NCBI GenBank assembly: GCA_964480775.1 | Contig: CAYZRF010000021.1 | Location: forward strand, 1 to 32,000 | Source: an uncultured Nitrososphaerota archaeon | GTDB taxonomy: Archaea > Korarchaeota > Korarchaeia > Korarchaeales > Korarchaeaceae | DNA length: 32,000 bases | Direction: 5' to 3' | Shown here: one piece after another, positions 8,226 to 17,493 of the stretch | Numbering within the stretch: position 1 is the stretch's first letter | How the letters are laid out: every line of letters starts with the position of its first letter | Translations under genes and position numbers: made by a program | The notes under the pieces: generated by a model | Seen by the model: the letters and a program-made list of their open reading frames with translations, nothing else | The model's database searches: none | What the model was told of the DNA's origin: nothing

Positions 8226-9498
8226 TGAAATCCCTTCCCATGCCTTTGAGTTTTAGAAATGATAGTGCAAGATCCAAGAACATTCTATACTCTTGCGATA
8301 AGGATGAAATATCTAATTCCTGCCTAGCTGTCAAAGAGCTAGCTGTTTTCTCATCAAGACCCGCCAAAAGAAGTGCTTCCTTTAGATTTTTCCTCGTTAT
8401 GAATGCTTCCATTCCATCCGAGAACCTAAGTCTAACCTTTCTTCTAAAGAAAGGGAATAAATCAATGTGAAAACTAGAAGATTCTATCTCTCTGTAAATA
8501 TCTTTAGGAACTGGAACCTCTTTGGCCTGAACAATTCCCTTTATAGCTTCTAGTCGTGGATTGGTTTCTTCCAACAAATCACTGTACTGATTTGATAAAT
8601 AACCCTGTCCCGACGCGCCTAAGTCAATAGTTGGAACTTGATTATCAAAATTTCTTACAAAATGAAAGTCCTTACGAAATATCTTGATTAAATGCTTGGC
8701 CACACTCCTTTCTTTATAATCAATATCACCGTTGAAACCTTCAATTAGGGAGTGATAGAAAGTTGCCTCATGCATTCTTGAAAGTGAAATTGAACAACTT
8801 TGAATGCATCGAGAAAACGACTCATCAAAGGGCAATAAATAAGCAGGGACATTCCAATAAGTTTTTACTAGCTCTTGCAGTTCAGTTGATTGTAAATTAT
8901 GCCCATATTTGTTTATTATGACAAAAGGAGTCGAGAGATTGTTAATATCTAAAGAAAAAAGGTGTCTTTTTGTTTGAAGAATGGAATTTTTGTCTGGAAG
9001 CAAGACTGGGATTAGCAAACTGACCCATCTTGAGAGAGCCTTAAGCAGAACCCTTGCTGAGTAGTCCGATGATGGAAAATCTACTATGAGGAACTCAACA
9101 CCAATCTCGCGAATATATTCCTCTAAAGATCTTAGTCTAAGCAAAAGAAGATCAATTGGTTCGTACAACAGCGTCGAAACATCATCGCTTCCAGCAGGAA
9201 TTACTTTAAGCTTAATGAGATCAGAAAGTTTGCGCCTGATACTCGAGTCTTCGAGTGAAATCAACGGATCATATACTACTTCCTCAGGGAATTTATTCCC
9301 AAGTAAAACATCGTGAAGACCATGAAATCCCTCATTTCCAAGGAATAAGTACGTTAGATCGGCGTTATGTAGATTAGCATCCATAACCGCAGCCATCTTA
9401 CCCTCTTCTTCCATTAGATATGACATTATGAAGGATAGAGCCATGCTAACCGAGGTCTTACCAACCCCTTCGGTGCCAAAGAAACCTACTTTTAGCAT
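8212..9498 (-). CDS. ParA/MinD-family P-loop ATPase (TadZ/CpaE-like) with unknown C-terminal extension
   Basis: From ATG 9498 the protein opens MLKVGFFGTEGVGKTS, with the P-loop at the extreme N-terminus as in MinD/ParA. LIVDFPSS is a Walker B-like strand. The last 190 aa or so are unrecognised. The track's TTG 9573 start would overlap moaA. Confidence 0.7.
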   Translation of the reverse strand: MLKVGFFGTEGVGKTSVSMALSFIMSYLMEEEGKMAAVMDANLHNADLTYLFLGNEGFHGLHDVLLGNKFPEEVVYDPLISLEDSSIRRKLSDLIKLKVIPAGSDDVSTLLYEPIDLLLLRLRSLEEYIREIGVEFLIVDFPSSDYSARVLLKALSRWVSLLIPVLLPDKNSILQTKRHLFSLDINNLSTPFVIINKYGHNLQSTELQELVKTYWNVPAYLLPFDESFSRCIQSCSISLSRMHEATFYHSLIEGFNGDIDYKERSVAKHLIKIFRKDFHFVRNFDNQVPTIDLGASGQGYLSNQYSDLLEETNPRLEAIKGIVQAKEVPVPKDIYREIESSSFHIDLFPFFRRKVRLRFSDGMEAFITRKNLKEALLLAGLDEKTASSLTARQELDISSLSQEYRMFLDLALSFLKLKGMGRDFIEPK

Positions 9499-9539
9499 TA
9501 ACCCATCAATATGATGAACGCCTGTCTCAAAGACCCTAT

Positions 9540-10502
9540 TTAAGGAGATCTTGCCAGCGCAGTTTTCGGACAATGGGCTTCTGTGGACTTAAAGTAAGGT
9601 TCTCTTTGTGCAACAGCTCTTAATAAGGAGTTGACAACTCCGCCCCAGCTTCCTGATCTAAGTTCCTTTAGAAACTTAACAGGAGGTTTACTGGAAAGAA
9701 GGCATGTTTTAAAAGCGCCAAAATGAGTGACTCTAATTTTAGTGCAGTGATAGCAGAAATCAGGATTGCTCATAGACCTTACAAGCTCAACCTTAACATC
9801 TCCTAGGTCATATACTGGCCTATCGTGCATATCTTGACGTATTTTAATCGAAATTGCCTTTTCCTTTATTCTTTCCTCCAGCTCATGGAAATCTACGCCG
9901 TATTTCCTAAGAAGAGGGGAGTTTGGATCTCTATCTTGTAGTTCAATTAGCTGGACGTCAGCACCTATGTTAGCCGCAAACTCGATCAAAGAATCGAGTT
10001 CTCCTTCATTTAACCCCCTTAACATGACGCGGTTAATTTTAAGACGTTTTATACCGAACGATATAGATTTTTCTATCCCCCTCAACACCTTTTCGAGGCT
10101 ATCTACACCAGTAATTCTTTGATAAACCTCCTTTTTCAAGGATGGGAGGTTTACGTTGACCCTGTCGAGACCAGCTTCAATTAAGCCTTGAATTCTTTCC
10201 TCCAGAAGGGTTCCGTTTGTAGTGAGTCCTATGTCCTTTATGCCCTCAACCCTCCTGATCTGAGCTACTATCTCACTCAGATCTTCTCTAAGGAGGGGCT
10301 CACCCCCAGTCAGCTTTATTGTTCTGACGCCAAAGTCAGCAAGGATGGCAACGAGTCTACCAATGTCCTCAGGAGTCATTATTTCATTTTCTTCGTTATG
10401 ATAGCCCTCAGCATGGCAAAAGAAGCATCTTAGATTGCATTCATGGTTAACTGAGATCCTCAAGTTGAGCAGAGGCCTGTCATAGGGGTCTCTGAGTATC
10501 AT
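9540..10502 (-). CDS. moaA: GTP 3',8-cyclase MoaA (radical SAM)
   Basis: CNLRCFFCH radical-SAM cluster motif, a TIM-barrel-like body and C-terminal Cys residues (CYHC...C) for the second cluster. Confidence 0.92.
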   Translation of the reverse strand: MILRDPYDRPLLNLRISVNHECNLRCFFCHAEGYHNEENEIMTPEDIGRLVAILADFGVRTIKLTGGEPLLREDLSEIVAQIRRVEGIKDIGLTTNGTLLEERIQGLIEAGLDRVNVNLPSLKKEVYQRITGVDSLEKVLRGIEKSISFGIKRLKINRVMLRGLNEGELDSLIEFAANIGADVQLIELQDRDPNSPLLRKYGVDFHELEERIKEKAISIKIRQDMHDRPVYDLGDVKVELVRSMSNPDFCYHCTKIRVTHFGAFKTCLLSSKPPVKFLKELRSGSWGGVVNSLLRAVAQREPYFKSTEAHCPKTALARSP

Positions 10503-10560
10503 GACGAATTGCCAACTATGTCATATCGAATTTAATAATAACTCTTACCTTTTACGAAGG

Positions 10561-11100
10561 ATGGAAAGCCCAGTCCATGAACATAGAGCCAAATCCCCTC
10601 ATAGATTGAGATATGCCGTTTATACGGTTAGCTCCTCTAGATATAAAGCGATAAAAGAAGGAAGAGACTTTACTGATCCTACTGGAGACTTAGCAGTGAA
10701 GTTGATAGAATCGGCTGGAAACTCAGTTGTCATAAGGAAAGTACTTCCTGACGAGAAATCATCAATAAGACGCGAGTTAGAGAGTGCTCTAAAAGAAGCA
10801 GACGTCATCATTCTGTGTGGTGGAACTGGATTACATCCAGAAGACGTAACTGTCGAGGCCGCAAGCGGAATATTTGAGAAAGAAATACGGGGCTTTGGCG
10901 AGCTATTTAGGCATCTTAGCTTTCAAAGCATCGGATCTGCTGCTATGTTAAGCAGAGCAACAGCGGGAATTTGTAGGGGAAAGGCGATTTTCTGTCTTCC
11001 AGGATCAACGAAGGGAGTAGAGCTAGCCCTCAAGAAACTTATCCTGCCAGAGGCTGGGCACATAATTTGGGTTGCTAGAGGGTATAAGAACGGTTCTTGA
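10561..11100 (+). CDS. moaB: molybdenum cofactor biosynthesis protein MoaB/MogA family
   Basis: CGGTGLHPEDVT...GFGELFR...LSRATAG...CLPGS blocks. ATG 10561 is preferred; the track's 10501 start overlaps the moaA start codon. Confidence 0.85.
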   Translation: MESPVHEHRAKSPHRLRYAVYTVSSSRYKAIKEGRDFTDPTGDLAVKLIESAGNSVVIRKVLPDEKSSIRRELESALKEADVIILCGGTGLHPEDVTVEAASGIFEKEIRGFGELFRHLSFQSIGSAAMLSRATAGICRGKAIFCLPGSTKGVELALKKLILPEAGHIIWVARGYKNGS

Positions 11101-11103
11101 ATT

Positions 11104-13080
11104 CTAACCTAGAAAAAAACCAATATCATCGCCAACAACATATCCAGGCATGTTAGAGAGCTTATTTTTGAAGTCATCAGATTTGAGAACCTGAAGAAAC
11201 AGCTTAACAGAGCGTTTATCCAATCTGTCCATCCTTACAAGGAAATCGTACCTCTCAGTAGTTAGAGGAATGAAATCCAACCCTTTAATCCTTGCTACAT
11301 ACTCTATTCCAAGGCCTACGTCTGCTTCTCCTCTTGCCACGGCCTCAGCAACACCAGAGTGAGTTTTCCTCTCGAATCCATACCCGTTTATACGCTCTTT
11401 TAGCGTCTCAACTGAAATACCCTTCTCTGCAGCCAACCTAGCGATGAAGTAATCCAAAAGTATCCTTGTTCCAGAGCCTCTATTCCTGTTCACAAACCTT
11501 ACGTCGTTCCTCAACAAGTCCTCTATCCTGCTAATTCCTTTGGGATTTCCTTTTGCAACAATTAATCCTTGAACGCGTTCGTACCCTCTAACGAGCTTTG
11601 CTACGCCCTTTAAAGAGTAATCCTCCAAGAATCCAACGTTGTACTCACCTGTCCTAGGATTCAGCGCATGAACCCCTGAGATGTCTGCCTCTCCAGCCCT
11701 AATAGCTTCAAAACCTCCCAGAGATCCAACGTTCACGCGGACTATCCTTAGATTTTCCTTTTTCTTGAGCATTGAGAGGAGAAGTTCAGCTCCTGGGCAG
11801 TGACTTCCTATGAATCCAAGATCTGCAGGTCTAACCCCTTCCTGAAAAGGAATGACGAGGACCTTTTCTCCTCTTTCTACGTATTCCACATTCTCTGATA
11901 TTTCTACATATCCGTCTGCCCTGCTGAGAGTTGATATAGCCTCAGATCCTGTAGGTATTGGAAAAGCCAATATCTCTCCCTTCGCATCTGACAGCAAAGC
12001 AACGGGGAGGAAGTTCCTCCTCCCAAGAGTGGAGCGCACTCTCCTTCCCATCTTTGCTTTTATCGGAACTTGCTCCAAGGTCTTAATTCCAGCCATTTTC
12101 CTCACTAAAGGAGATACAAACTTTCTATAGGCAATGAGCGCGCTTGTTGGATATCCTGGCAACCCAATTACGAACTTATTTCCGATAACACCGAGAATAA
12201 AGGGCTTTCCTGGTTTCATAGCCACGCCATGAACGAGTACCCCAGGTTTTCCCGCTTTGTCTATCGCTTTATACACTACATCACCAGCCCCAGCACTTGT
12301 ACTTCCAGATACGAGAACTAGATCAGCCCACTTGAGAGCTCCCTTTATTTCACCTAAGATAGACTCTAGGTCGTCTGGTAATATCCCTAGAACCTTTGGC
12401 TCTCCTCCATCCTGCCAAACAGATGTTGAAATAGTGTATGAGTTTATGTCATAGATCTTACCGTAATCCAATGGATTTCCAGGAGCAACGAGCTCGTCTC
12501 CTGTGCTAAGAATGGCCACAACAGGTTTCTTTACCACTTTTACTTTCGTTCTCCCTATGGCTGCTAGCAATCCTATCTCCCTGGGACCTAGAATGCTGCC
12601 GGAGTGCAATAGGGTTTCTCCTGCAGCCACATCAGTACCCGTGCCCTGAATATTGGCTCCTGGTGCAACAGATTTGAAAATAAGGAGGAGATCTCCCTTA
12701 ACTTCTGTTCTCTCCACTAGGACAACCGCATTTGCTCCTGGAGGAATAACGGCTCCTGTAGCTATCTCAACCGCTTCTCCCTCAGAGACCACACCTTTAA
12801 AGGGCTTTCCAGCCTCTGCAATGCCTATAATCCTTAAAGTTACGGGGTTCTCCTCGTCCGCGCCGAAGGTGTCCTCTGCCTTCAGGGCATATCCATCGTA
12901 CATGGCCCTATCGAATGAGGGGACATCCACCTCTGAAGGAATGTCCTCTGCAAGCACCCTACCAACGGCATCCTTGATAGGTACATCCTCTGATTTAGGG
13001 ACATAGGAGTAATGCCTTTCTATTAAGCGAGAAACCTCTTCAACGGAAACTAGCTTTCTAAACTCTTTTCTCTCTCCCAT
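11104..13080 (-). CDS. moeA: molybdopterin molybdo/tungsto-transferase MoeA fused to a C-terminal PBP-like binding domain
   Basis: The N-terminal 410 aa or so are MoeA ([35 protein letters not shown]). The C-terminal 230 aa or so resemble periplasmic-binding-protein-like domains. This fusion is known in archaea. Confidence 0.9.
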   Translation of the reverse strand: MGERKEFRKLVSVEEVSRLIERHYSYVPKSEDVPIKDAVGRVLAEDIPSEVDVPSFDRAMYDGYALKAEDTFGADEENPVTLRIIGIAEAGKPFKGVVSEGEAVEIATGAVIPPGANAVVLVERTEVKGDLLLIFKSVAPGANIQGTGTDVAAGETLLHSGSILGPREIGLLAAIGRTKVKVVKKPVVAILSTGDELVAPGNPLDYGKIYDINSYTISTSVWQDGGEPKVLGILPDDLESILGEIKGALKWADLVLVSGSTSAGAGDVVYKAIDKAGKPGVLVHGVAMKPGKPFILGVIGNKFVIGLPGYPTSALIAYRKFVSPLVRKMAGIKTLEQVPIKAKMGRRVRSTLGRRNFLPVALLSDAKGEILAFPIPTGSEAISTLSRADGYVEISENVEYVERGEKVLVIPFQEGVRPADLGFIGSHCPGAELLLSMLKKKENLRIVRVNVGSLGGFEAIRAGEADISGVHALNPRTGEYNVGFLEDYSLKGVAKLVRGYERVQGLIVAKGNPKGISRIEDLLRNDVRFVNRNRGSGTRILLDYFIARLAAEKGISVETLKERINGYGFERKTHSGVAEAVARGEADVGLGIEYVARIKGLDFIPLTTERYDFLVRMDRLDKRSVKLFLQVLKSDDFKNKLSNMPGYVVGDDIGFFLG

Positions 13081-13089
13081 ATAGATCCC

Positions 13090-14376
13090 TCAGAGCGTGC
13101 TTAATTCTGAAACATTCGTAGATATGTAGCGCTTGAATGGGAGAACCTCTACGATCTCTCCCTCCTTATACCCCTCTACATCCTCAGGTACGATGAGAAA
13201 TGCGTCCGCTTTTACCAATGAACTTGCAATTCCAGCACCGGAGATCCTAACAGGGATTGCCAACCACTCATTTCCACTTCTCTTAAGCTTGACTCTAGCG
13301 AAATGCAAAATTCCTGGTCTTGAAGGTACCTTGCCCACAAGCCTAGCCCTAAGGGTGTTTATCATCCTCTCACCCTTAATCCCAAGAAATCTCTCAATTA
13401 AGGGGACAAGAAATAGCAATGCAGCTACGGCAGCAGATACAGGATAGCCTGGAAGACCTATAAATGGCTTCCCATTTGAAAGAACTGAAAGCAGGGTAGG
13501 TTTCCCAGGCATAACCCCTACTCCATGAACGATTATCTTTGCTCCAAGTTTTTCAAGAGCATCTGGAACGAAATCGGATGTTCCAACGCTGGTTCCTCCG
13601 CTCGTTAGGATGACATCTGCCTCCTTGCACTCGCTTATTCTCCTTGCGAGTTCATCTGCATCATCGTCTACAATTCCCTTGTAAGAAAAGAGACCCCCGT
13701 GTTCCTCTACAATTCCTTTAACGAGCCATCTGTTGGAATTCACAATTTTTCCTGGGGCTTCCTTATCTCCTACCTCAATTAACTCATGTCCCGTGCTTAT
13801 CATGCCAATAACAGGCTTCTTACGAACCAAAACCTCTTTTTTGTTGATAGAAGCTAGCAAACCTAGTTCAAAGGCCCCTATTATGGTTCCCTTTGGGAGC
13901 AGGACTTCACCTGCCCTGATGTCCTCACCCCTCCTTGAAACGTTCCGGAACGGCGGAACTTGTTCATAGATTCTGACCATTCCACCACTTTCCTCAGAAT
14001 TCTCCACCTCTACAACCGCATCGGCCCCTTTTGGCAAGACTGCCCCAGTGTGGATCCTTACAGCCTCTCCAGCCCTGACTTCCAAGCTTATCTCCCTGCC
14101 AGCTTGAATTTCTCCAATGACTCTGAGTGCAATTGGAGAATGTTGGGATGCTCCGTATGTATCCTCAGCCCTGACGGCGTATCCGTCCATAGCTGCCCTG
14201 TCAAACGGCGGAACATCTTCTTGAGCTCTTATATCTTCAGCTAAAACCCTGTCTAGGGCATAATCTAGCCCTACGTACTCAGCCTCGGTGGGCTTTAGGT
14301 CAAGAGAACTCATGAAAGTTTCCAGAGCTTCTCTTACCTTCATGATCGTTCTGAAACCCTTCCATTTGTGGGACAT
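13090..14376 (-). CDS. moeA: molybdopterin molybdo/tungsto-transferase MoeA (stand-alone paralog)
   Basis: [29 protein letters not shown] and GLPGYP. The N-terminus aligns with that of the paralog (KGFRTIM vs KEFRKLV). Confidence 0.9.
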   Translation of the reverse strand: MSHKWKGFRTIMKVREALETFMSSLDLKPTEAEYVGLDYALDRVLAEDIRAQEDVPPFDRAAMDGYAVRAEDTYGASQHSPIALRVIGEIQAGREISLEVRAGEAVRIHTGAVLPKGADAVVEVENSEESGGMVRIYEQVPPFRNVSRRGEDIRAGEVLLPKGTIIGAFELGLLASINKKEVLVRKKPVIGMISTGHELIEVGDKEAPGKIVNSNRWLVKGIVEEHGGLFSYKGIVDDDADELARRISECKEADVILTSGGTSVGTSDFVPDALEKLGAKIIVHGVGVMPGKPTLLSVLSNGKPFIGLPGYPVSAAVAALLFLVPLIERFLGIKGERMINTLRARLVGKVPSRPGILHFARVKLKRSGNEWLAIPVRISGAGIASSLVKADAFLIVPEDVEGYKEGEIVEVLPFKRYISTNVSELSTL

Positions 14377-14429
14377 CTTGGAACATTTGCGAGTGCACTT
14401 ATTACGTTTGATGTATTTATCATACTGAG

Positions 14430-15185
14430 ATGAAAGGAGGAACAGGTGGTGTTCTTACAACCAGAGATCTTATTAGATACGATAGACAACTTCTGATCAT
14501 TGGTAAGGCTGGCCAGGAGAAACTAAAGAGAGCATCCGTTGCAATAGTGGGAATAGGTGGGTTGGGTAGCCCGGCTGCTTTCTACCTTGCTGGGGCTGGG
14601 GTGGGAAGGCTGATATTGATAGATCCTGAGAGACCAGAGCTGAGCAATTTGAACAGACAAATAATACATTGGGAAGGCGATTTTTCTCTTCCCAAAGCCC
14701 AGTCTGCCGCAGAGAAATTGAGAAAATTCAATTCTGACATCGTTATAGAGCCTAAATCAGTCAAAATTACAAAAGAAAACGTTTCAGAAGTCTTAAGTGG
14801 GGTAGATGTGGTTGTTGATGGACTTGACAACTTCGAGACAAGGTACCTCCTCAATGAGTACTGTTTGGAGCACGGAAAGCCATTTGTACACGCAGCAGTT
14901 AGGGGGTTGGTTGGTCAGGCAACGACAATCGTACCTCAAAGATCTCCATGCTTAAGGTGCATTTTTCCAGAGCCTCCAAAAGCTGAGAAAAAATTCCCGA
15001 TTTTGGGGGCAACAGCAGGAACTCTCGGCTGTATTGAAGCGTTAGAAACGATTAAACTGATAACTGGCTTTGGGAGACCTCTGACAGGGAGACTTCTCAT
15101 AATAGACCTTGAGGACATGACTTTTAACCTGATAGGGGTGAAGAGGCGGCCAGACTGTCCCGTGTGTGGAGGCCTCCATAGTTAG
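14430..15185 (+). CDS. moeB: ThiF/MoeB/UbaA-family E1-like adenylyltransferase
   Basis: RYDRQL...VGIGGLGSP nucleotide-binding fold and two CxxC pairs (CLRC, CPVC). It sits next to moeA and moaB. Confidence 0.85.
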   Translation: MKGGTGGVLTTRDLIRYDRQLLIIGKAGQEKLKRASVAIVGIGGLGSPAAFYLAGAGVGRLILIDPERPELSNLNRQIIHWEGDFSLPKAQSAAEKLRKFNSDIVIEPKSVKITKENVSEVLSGVDVVVDGLDNFETRYLLNEYCLEHGKPFVHAAVRGLVGQATTIVPQRSPCLRCIFPEPPKAEKKFPILGATAGTLGCIEALETIKLITGFGRPLTGRLLIIDLEDMTFNLIGVKRRPDCPVCGGLHS

Positions 15186-15239
15186 TTGAATAATTAATAT
15201 TTTTAATGCCAAATTCCCAACAGCCGCTAAGACATCCAA

Positions 15240-16409
15240 ATGACCCTTATAGGAGAAAATAAGCGAAATTTTGCGTCTCTAACGGTTTCAAGGTCTCTAA
15301 AGGGCTTTTTCGATTCTATACCAAATACCATCCTGACACCCTATCTATACGATCTAGGTGCATCCTTTACCCTTCTAGGATCTTTTAGGGCCTTTCCTTC
15401 ACTGATAAGCTTGATTTCTTCGAGATTTTGGGGAGCTCTCAGCGATGCTACCAACAGGAGGAAGCCATTTATCCTTCTCTCCTTCCTCCTTTCAGTACCC
15501 TTTTTTCTTGCTTACGCCTTCATAGCCAATAGTCCAGAGGACTACCTTTTGATAAGGATCCTAAACTCCTTCTTTTCTCTGGAAGTCGGGATTATGCCGG
15601 CAACCATAGCTTCTACCTCCACAAGACTTGGAAGAGCATTCGGTGACTATTCCTTCGCTACATCGGCAGCATGGACATCTGGCGGTATGCTTAGCGGCTG
15701 GTTTGTGGAACACTACGGCATTAATCAAGCTTTTCTGCTAAGCATTTTTGGAACCCTTCTGGCGTCAACTACCTTCCTGTTCACTTACAAAGAGAAGAAT
15801 GACAGCAGACGTCACAACATAGATTCGCAAAAAATTATACTGAAGACTATTTCATTTGATTTGAACCGAAGGGCACAGAATCTGGCCTTAATCGCTGTTT
15901 TTACGGCCTTAAGAAGTGCTTTTTTCGGTTTGCCTGCAATGATGAAGATGTACGTCCTTCTGGGTAGGTCAAAAACGAGCTATACCGTCATCCTAAGCCT
16001 AGCTGGATTGACTGGCATAGTAACATCACCACTTTATGGAAGGGCGGTAGACAGATTCGGTGCAAGGAACTCCGCGATCGCTTCTCTCTTAGCCTACACG
16101 ATTTATCTACCGCTCATGGCCCTTACCAACGATCCTGTCCTTTTTGCAATTTTATGGGCAATCCCAATAGGAAACCTTGAGTACGCGGCCCTTATGTCCC
16201 TAAAGGTAAGGGTTTCTAATCCTAATGGTAGGGCAACGGACATAGGTACGATGGAGTCTATTTCCTCTTTATTCTCAGCTTTTGGCAACATAGCAGCAGG
16301 AGTTGTAATAGACCGGCTGGGCACAGCACCTTCTCTCTTCACAGCAACTACTTTTGACGCAATTGCCCTTGTATTATTGCTTCGAAAGCCGGATCTCGTG
16401 ATAAAATAA
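15240..16409 (+). CDS. MFS-type transporter
   Basis: 389 aa with about 11-12 hydrophobic segments in two halves, and an MFS-like loop motif (GALSDATNRRKP). Confidence 0.75.
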   Translation: MTLIGENKRNFASLTVSRSLKGFFDSIPNTILTPYLYDLGASFTLLGSFRAFPSLISLISSRFWGALSDATNRRKPFILLSFLLSVPFFLAYAFIANSPEDYLLIRILNSFFSLEVGIMPATIASTSTRLGRAFGDYSFATSAAWTSGGMLSGWFVEHYGINQAFLLSIFGTLLASTTFLFTYKEKNDSRRHNIDSQKIILKTISFDLNRRAQNLALIAVFTALRSAFFGLPAMMKMYVLLGRSKTSYTVILSLAGLTGIVTSPLYGRAVDRFGARNSAIASLLAYTIYLPLMALTNDPVLFAILWAIPIGNLEYAALMSLKVRVSNPNGRATDIGTMESISSLFSAFGNIAAGVVIDRLGTAPSLFTATTFDAIALVLLLRKPDLVIK

Positions 16410-16448
16410 TAACAAATTCAATTAATTTGGAGGGTGAAGGTATCCTAA

Positions 16449-17159
16449 ATGCCCTCAACTTCACAGTATACCATAGCTGGCCCGTTGACTAGAGGAACGT
16501 TCCTGTCCAGACCAAACAGATTTACTGCTATGATAAAGGTGGATGATGAGACCTTGAGGCTTCATTTGAGAGATCCAGGAAGGTTAACGGAGCTCTTAAT
16601 CCCAGGAAGAGAGGTGATTTTCAGGAGAATCGACGATCCCAACAGAAAAACGAGAGGAGAAGTGATAGGCATTCGTTCAGATGGCACATGGGTGCTGGTA
16701 AACTCCTCGCTACATTCAAAGATTGCTAGATGGCTTATTGAAGCAGGCCATATAGAAGAGCTGAGGGACTGGAACATAGAGAAGGCAGAGTGGAAGTATG
16801 GAAAGAGTAGAATAGACTTTCTACTGACGAGGGTAAGGGAAAGGGGTCTCCTCGAAGTAAAGGGATGCACTTTAGTAAGGAAGGGTGTGGCCCTGTTTCC
16901 AGATGCGCCTACAGAGAGGGGAAGTAGGCACGTTTTAGAGCTGATAAATGCTAAAAAAGAGGGTTTTAATGCTAGCATCCTGTTTCTGGTGCTACGGGGT
17001 GACGCGACTGAATTTTCACCAAACTGGGATACTGACCCTAAGTTCTCAAGGAACTTGGTGCTTGCACATAAGACCGGGGTTAACGTGATTGCCTATTGTT
17101 TGAACTTCAACGGGAGAGCTTTAGAACCAAAAAGTAGGCTTAGGGTAATCTTGAATTGA
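16449..17159 (+). CDS. sfsA: SfsA-family nuclease / sugar fermentation stimulation protein homolog
   Basis: RPNRF..., KSRIDFLL, LEVKGCTL and FPDAPTERGSRHVLEL blocks match E. coli SfsA. Confidence 0.8.
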   Translation: MPSTSQYTIAGPLTRGTFLSRPNRFTAMIKVDDETLRLHLRDPGRLTELLIPGREVIFRRIDDPNRKTRGEVIGIRSDGTWVLVNSSLHSKIARWLIEAGHIEELRDWNIEKAEWKYGKSRIDFLLTRVRERGLLEVKGCTLVRKGVALFPDAPTERGSRHVLELINAKKEGFNASILFLVLRGDATEFSPNWDTDPKFSRNLVLAHKTGVNVIAYCLNFNGRALEPKSRLRVILN

Positions 17160-17211
17160 TTAGATGGTTTTGGAAAACCGACTTTTTTACCCAAGTAGGT
17201 TCGATATCTTG

Positions 17212-17493
17212 ATGTTAAGGAGCAAGGTTTTAGAGGCAATAAAAGAGTTTAACGAATTTAGAAGTCCAGAGGCAACAGCAAACTCGTTTTAATTAAAGAT
17301 AATAGGATTATCGTTAGGATGAATGGAACCTATTGTAGAACATGTGGCCTCTATGATTACTTTGAGGATCTTTCATGGAAAATCAAGGGATTACTTGAAA
17401 GCTAACGTAAAGATTCTGTCGACGAGAAGAATAGATCATTTCTCCTATGAAATCATATATGAGGTGGAATCTCTTAGTAAAAGATCTAAATGA
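17212..17493 (+). pseudogene. small gene apparently disrupted by two compensating frameshifts
   Basis: Frame A runs 17212-17292 (MLRSKVLEAIKEFNEFRSPEATANSF, then stop). The -1 frame from 17280 to 17405 reads KLVLIKDNRIIVRMNGTYCRTCGLYDYFEDLSWKIKGLLES. Frame A resumes around 17389 and runs to 17493 (DYLKANVKILSTRRIDHFSYEIIYEVESLSKRSK). Confidence 0.35.

Noticed and set aside
11852-14244. Plus-strand ORFs inside the two moeA genes (11852-12130, 12257-12454, 12653-13006, 13133-13447, 13733-13969, 13960-14244).
   Set aside because: They are antisense to strongly supported MoeA coding sequence. Their translations are Ser/Thr/Pro-rich and low in complexity, which is typical of shadow ORFs.
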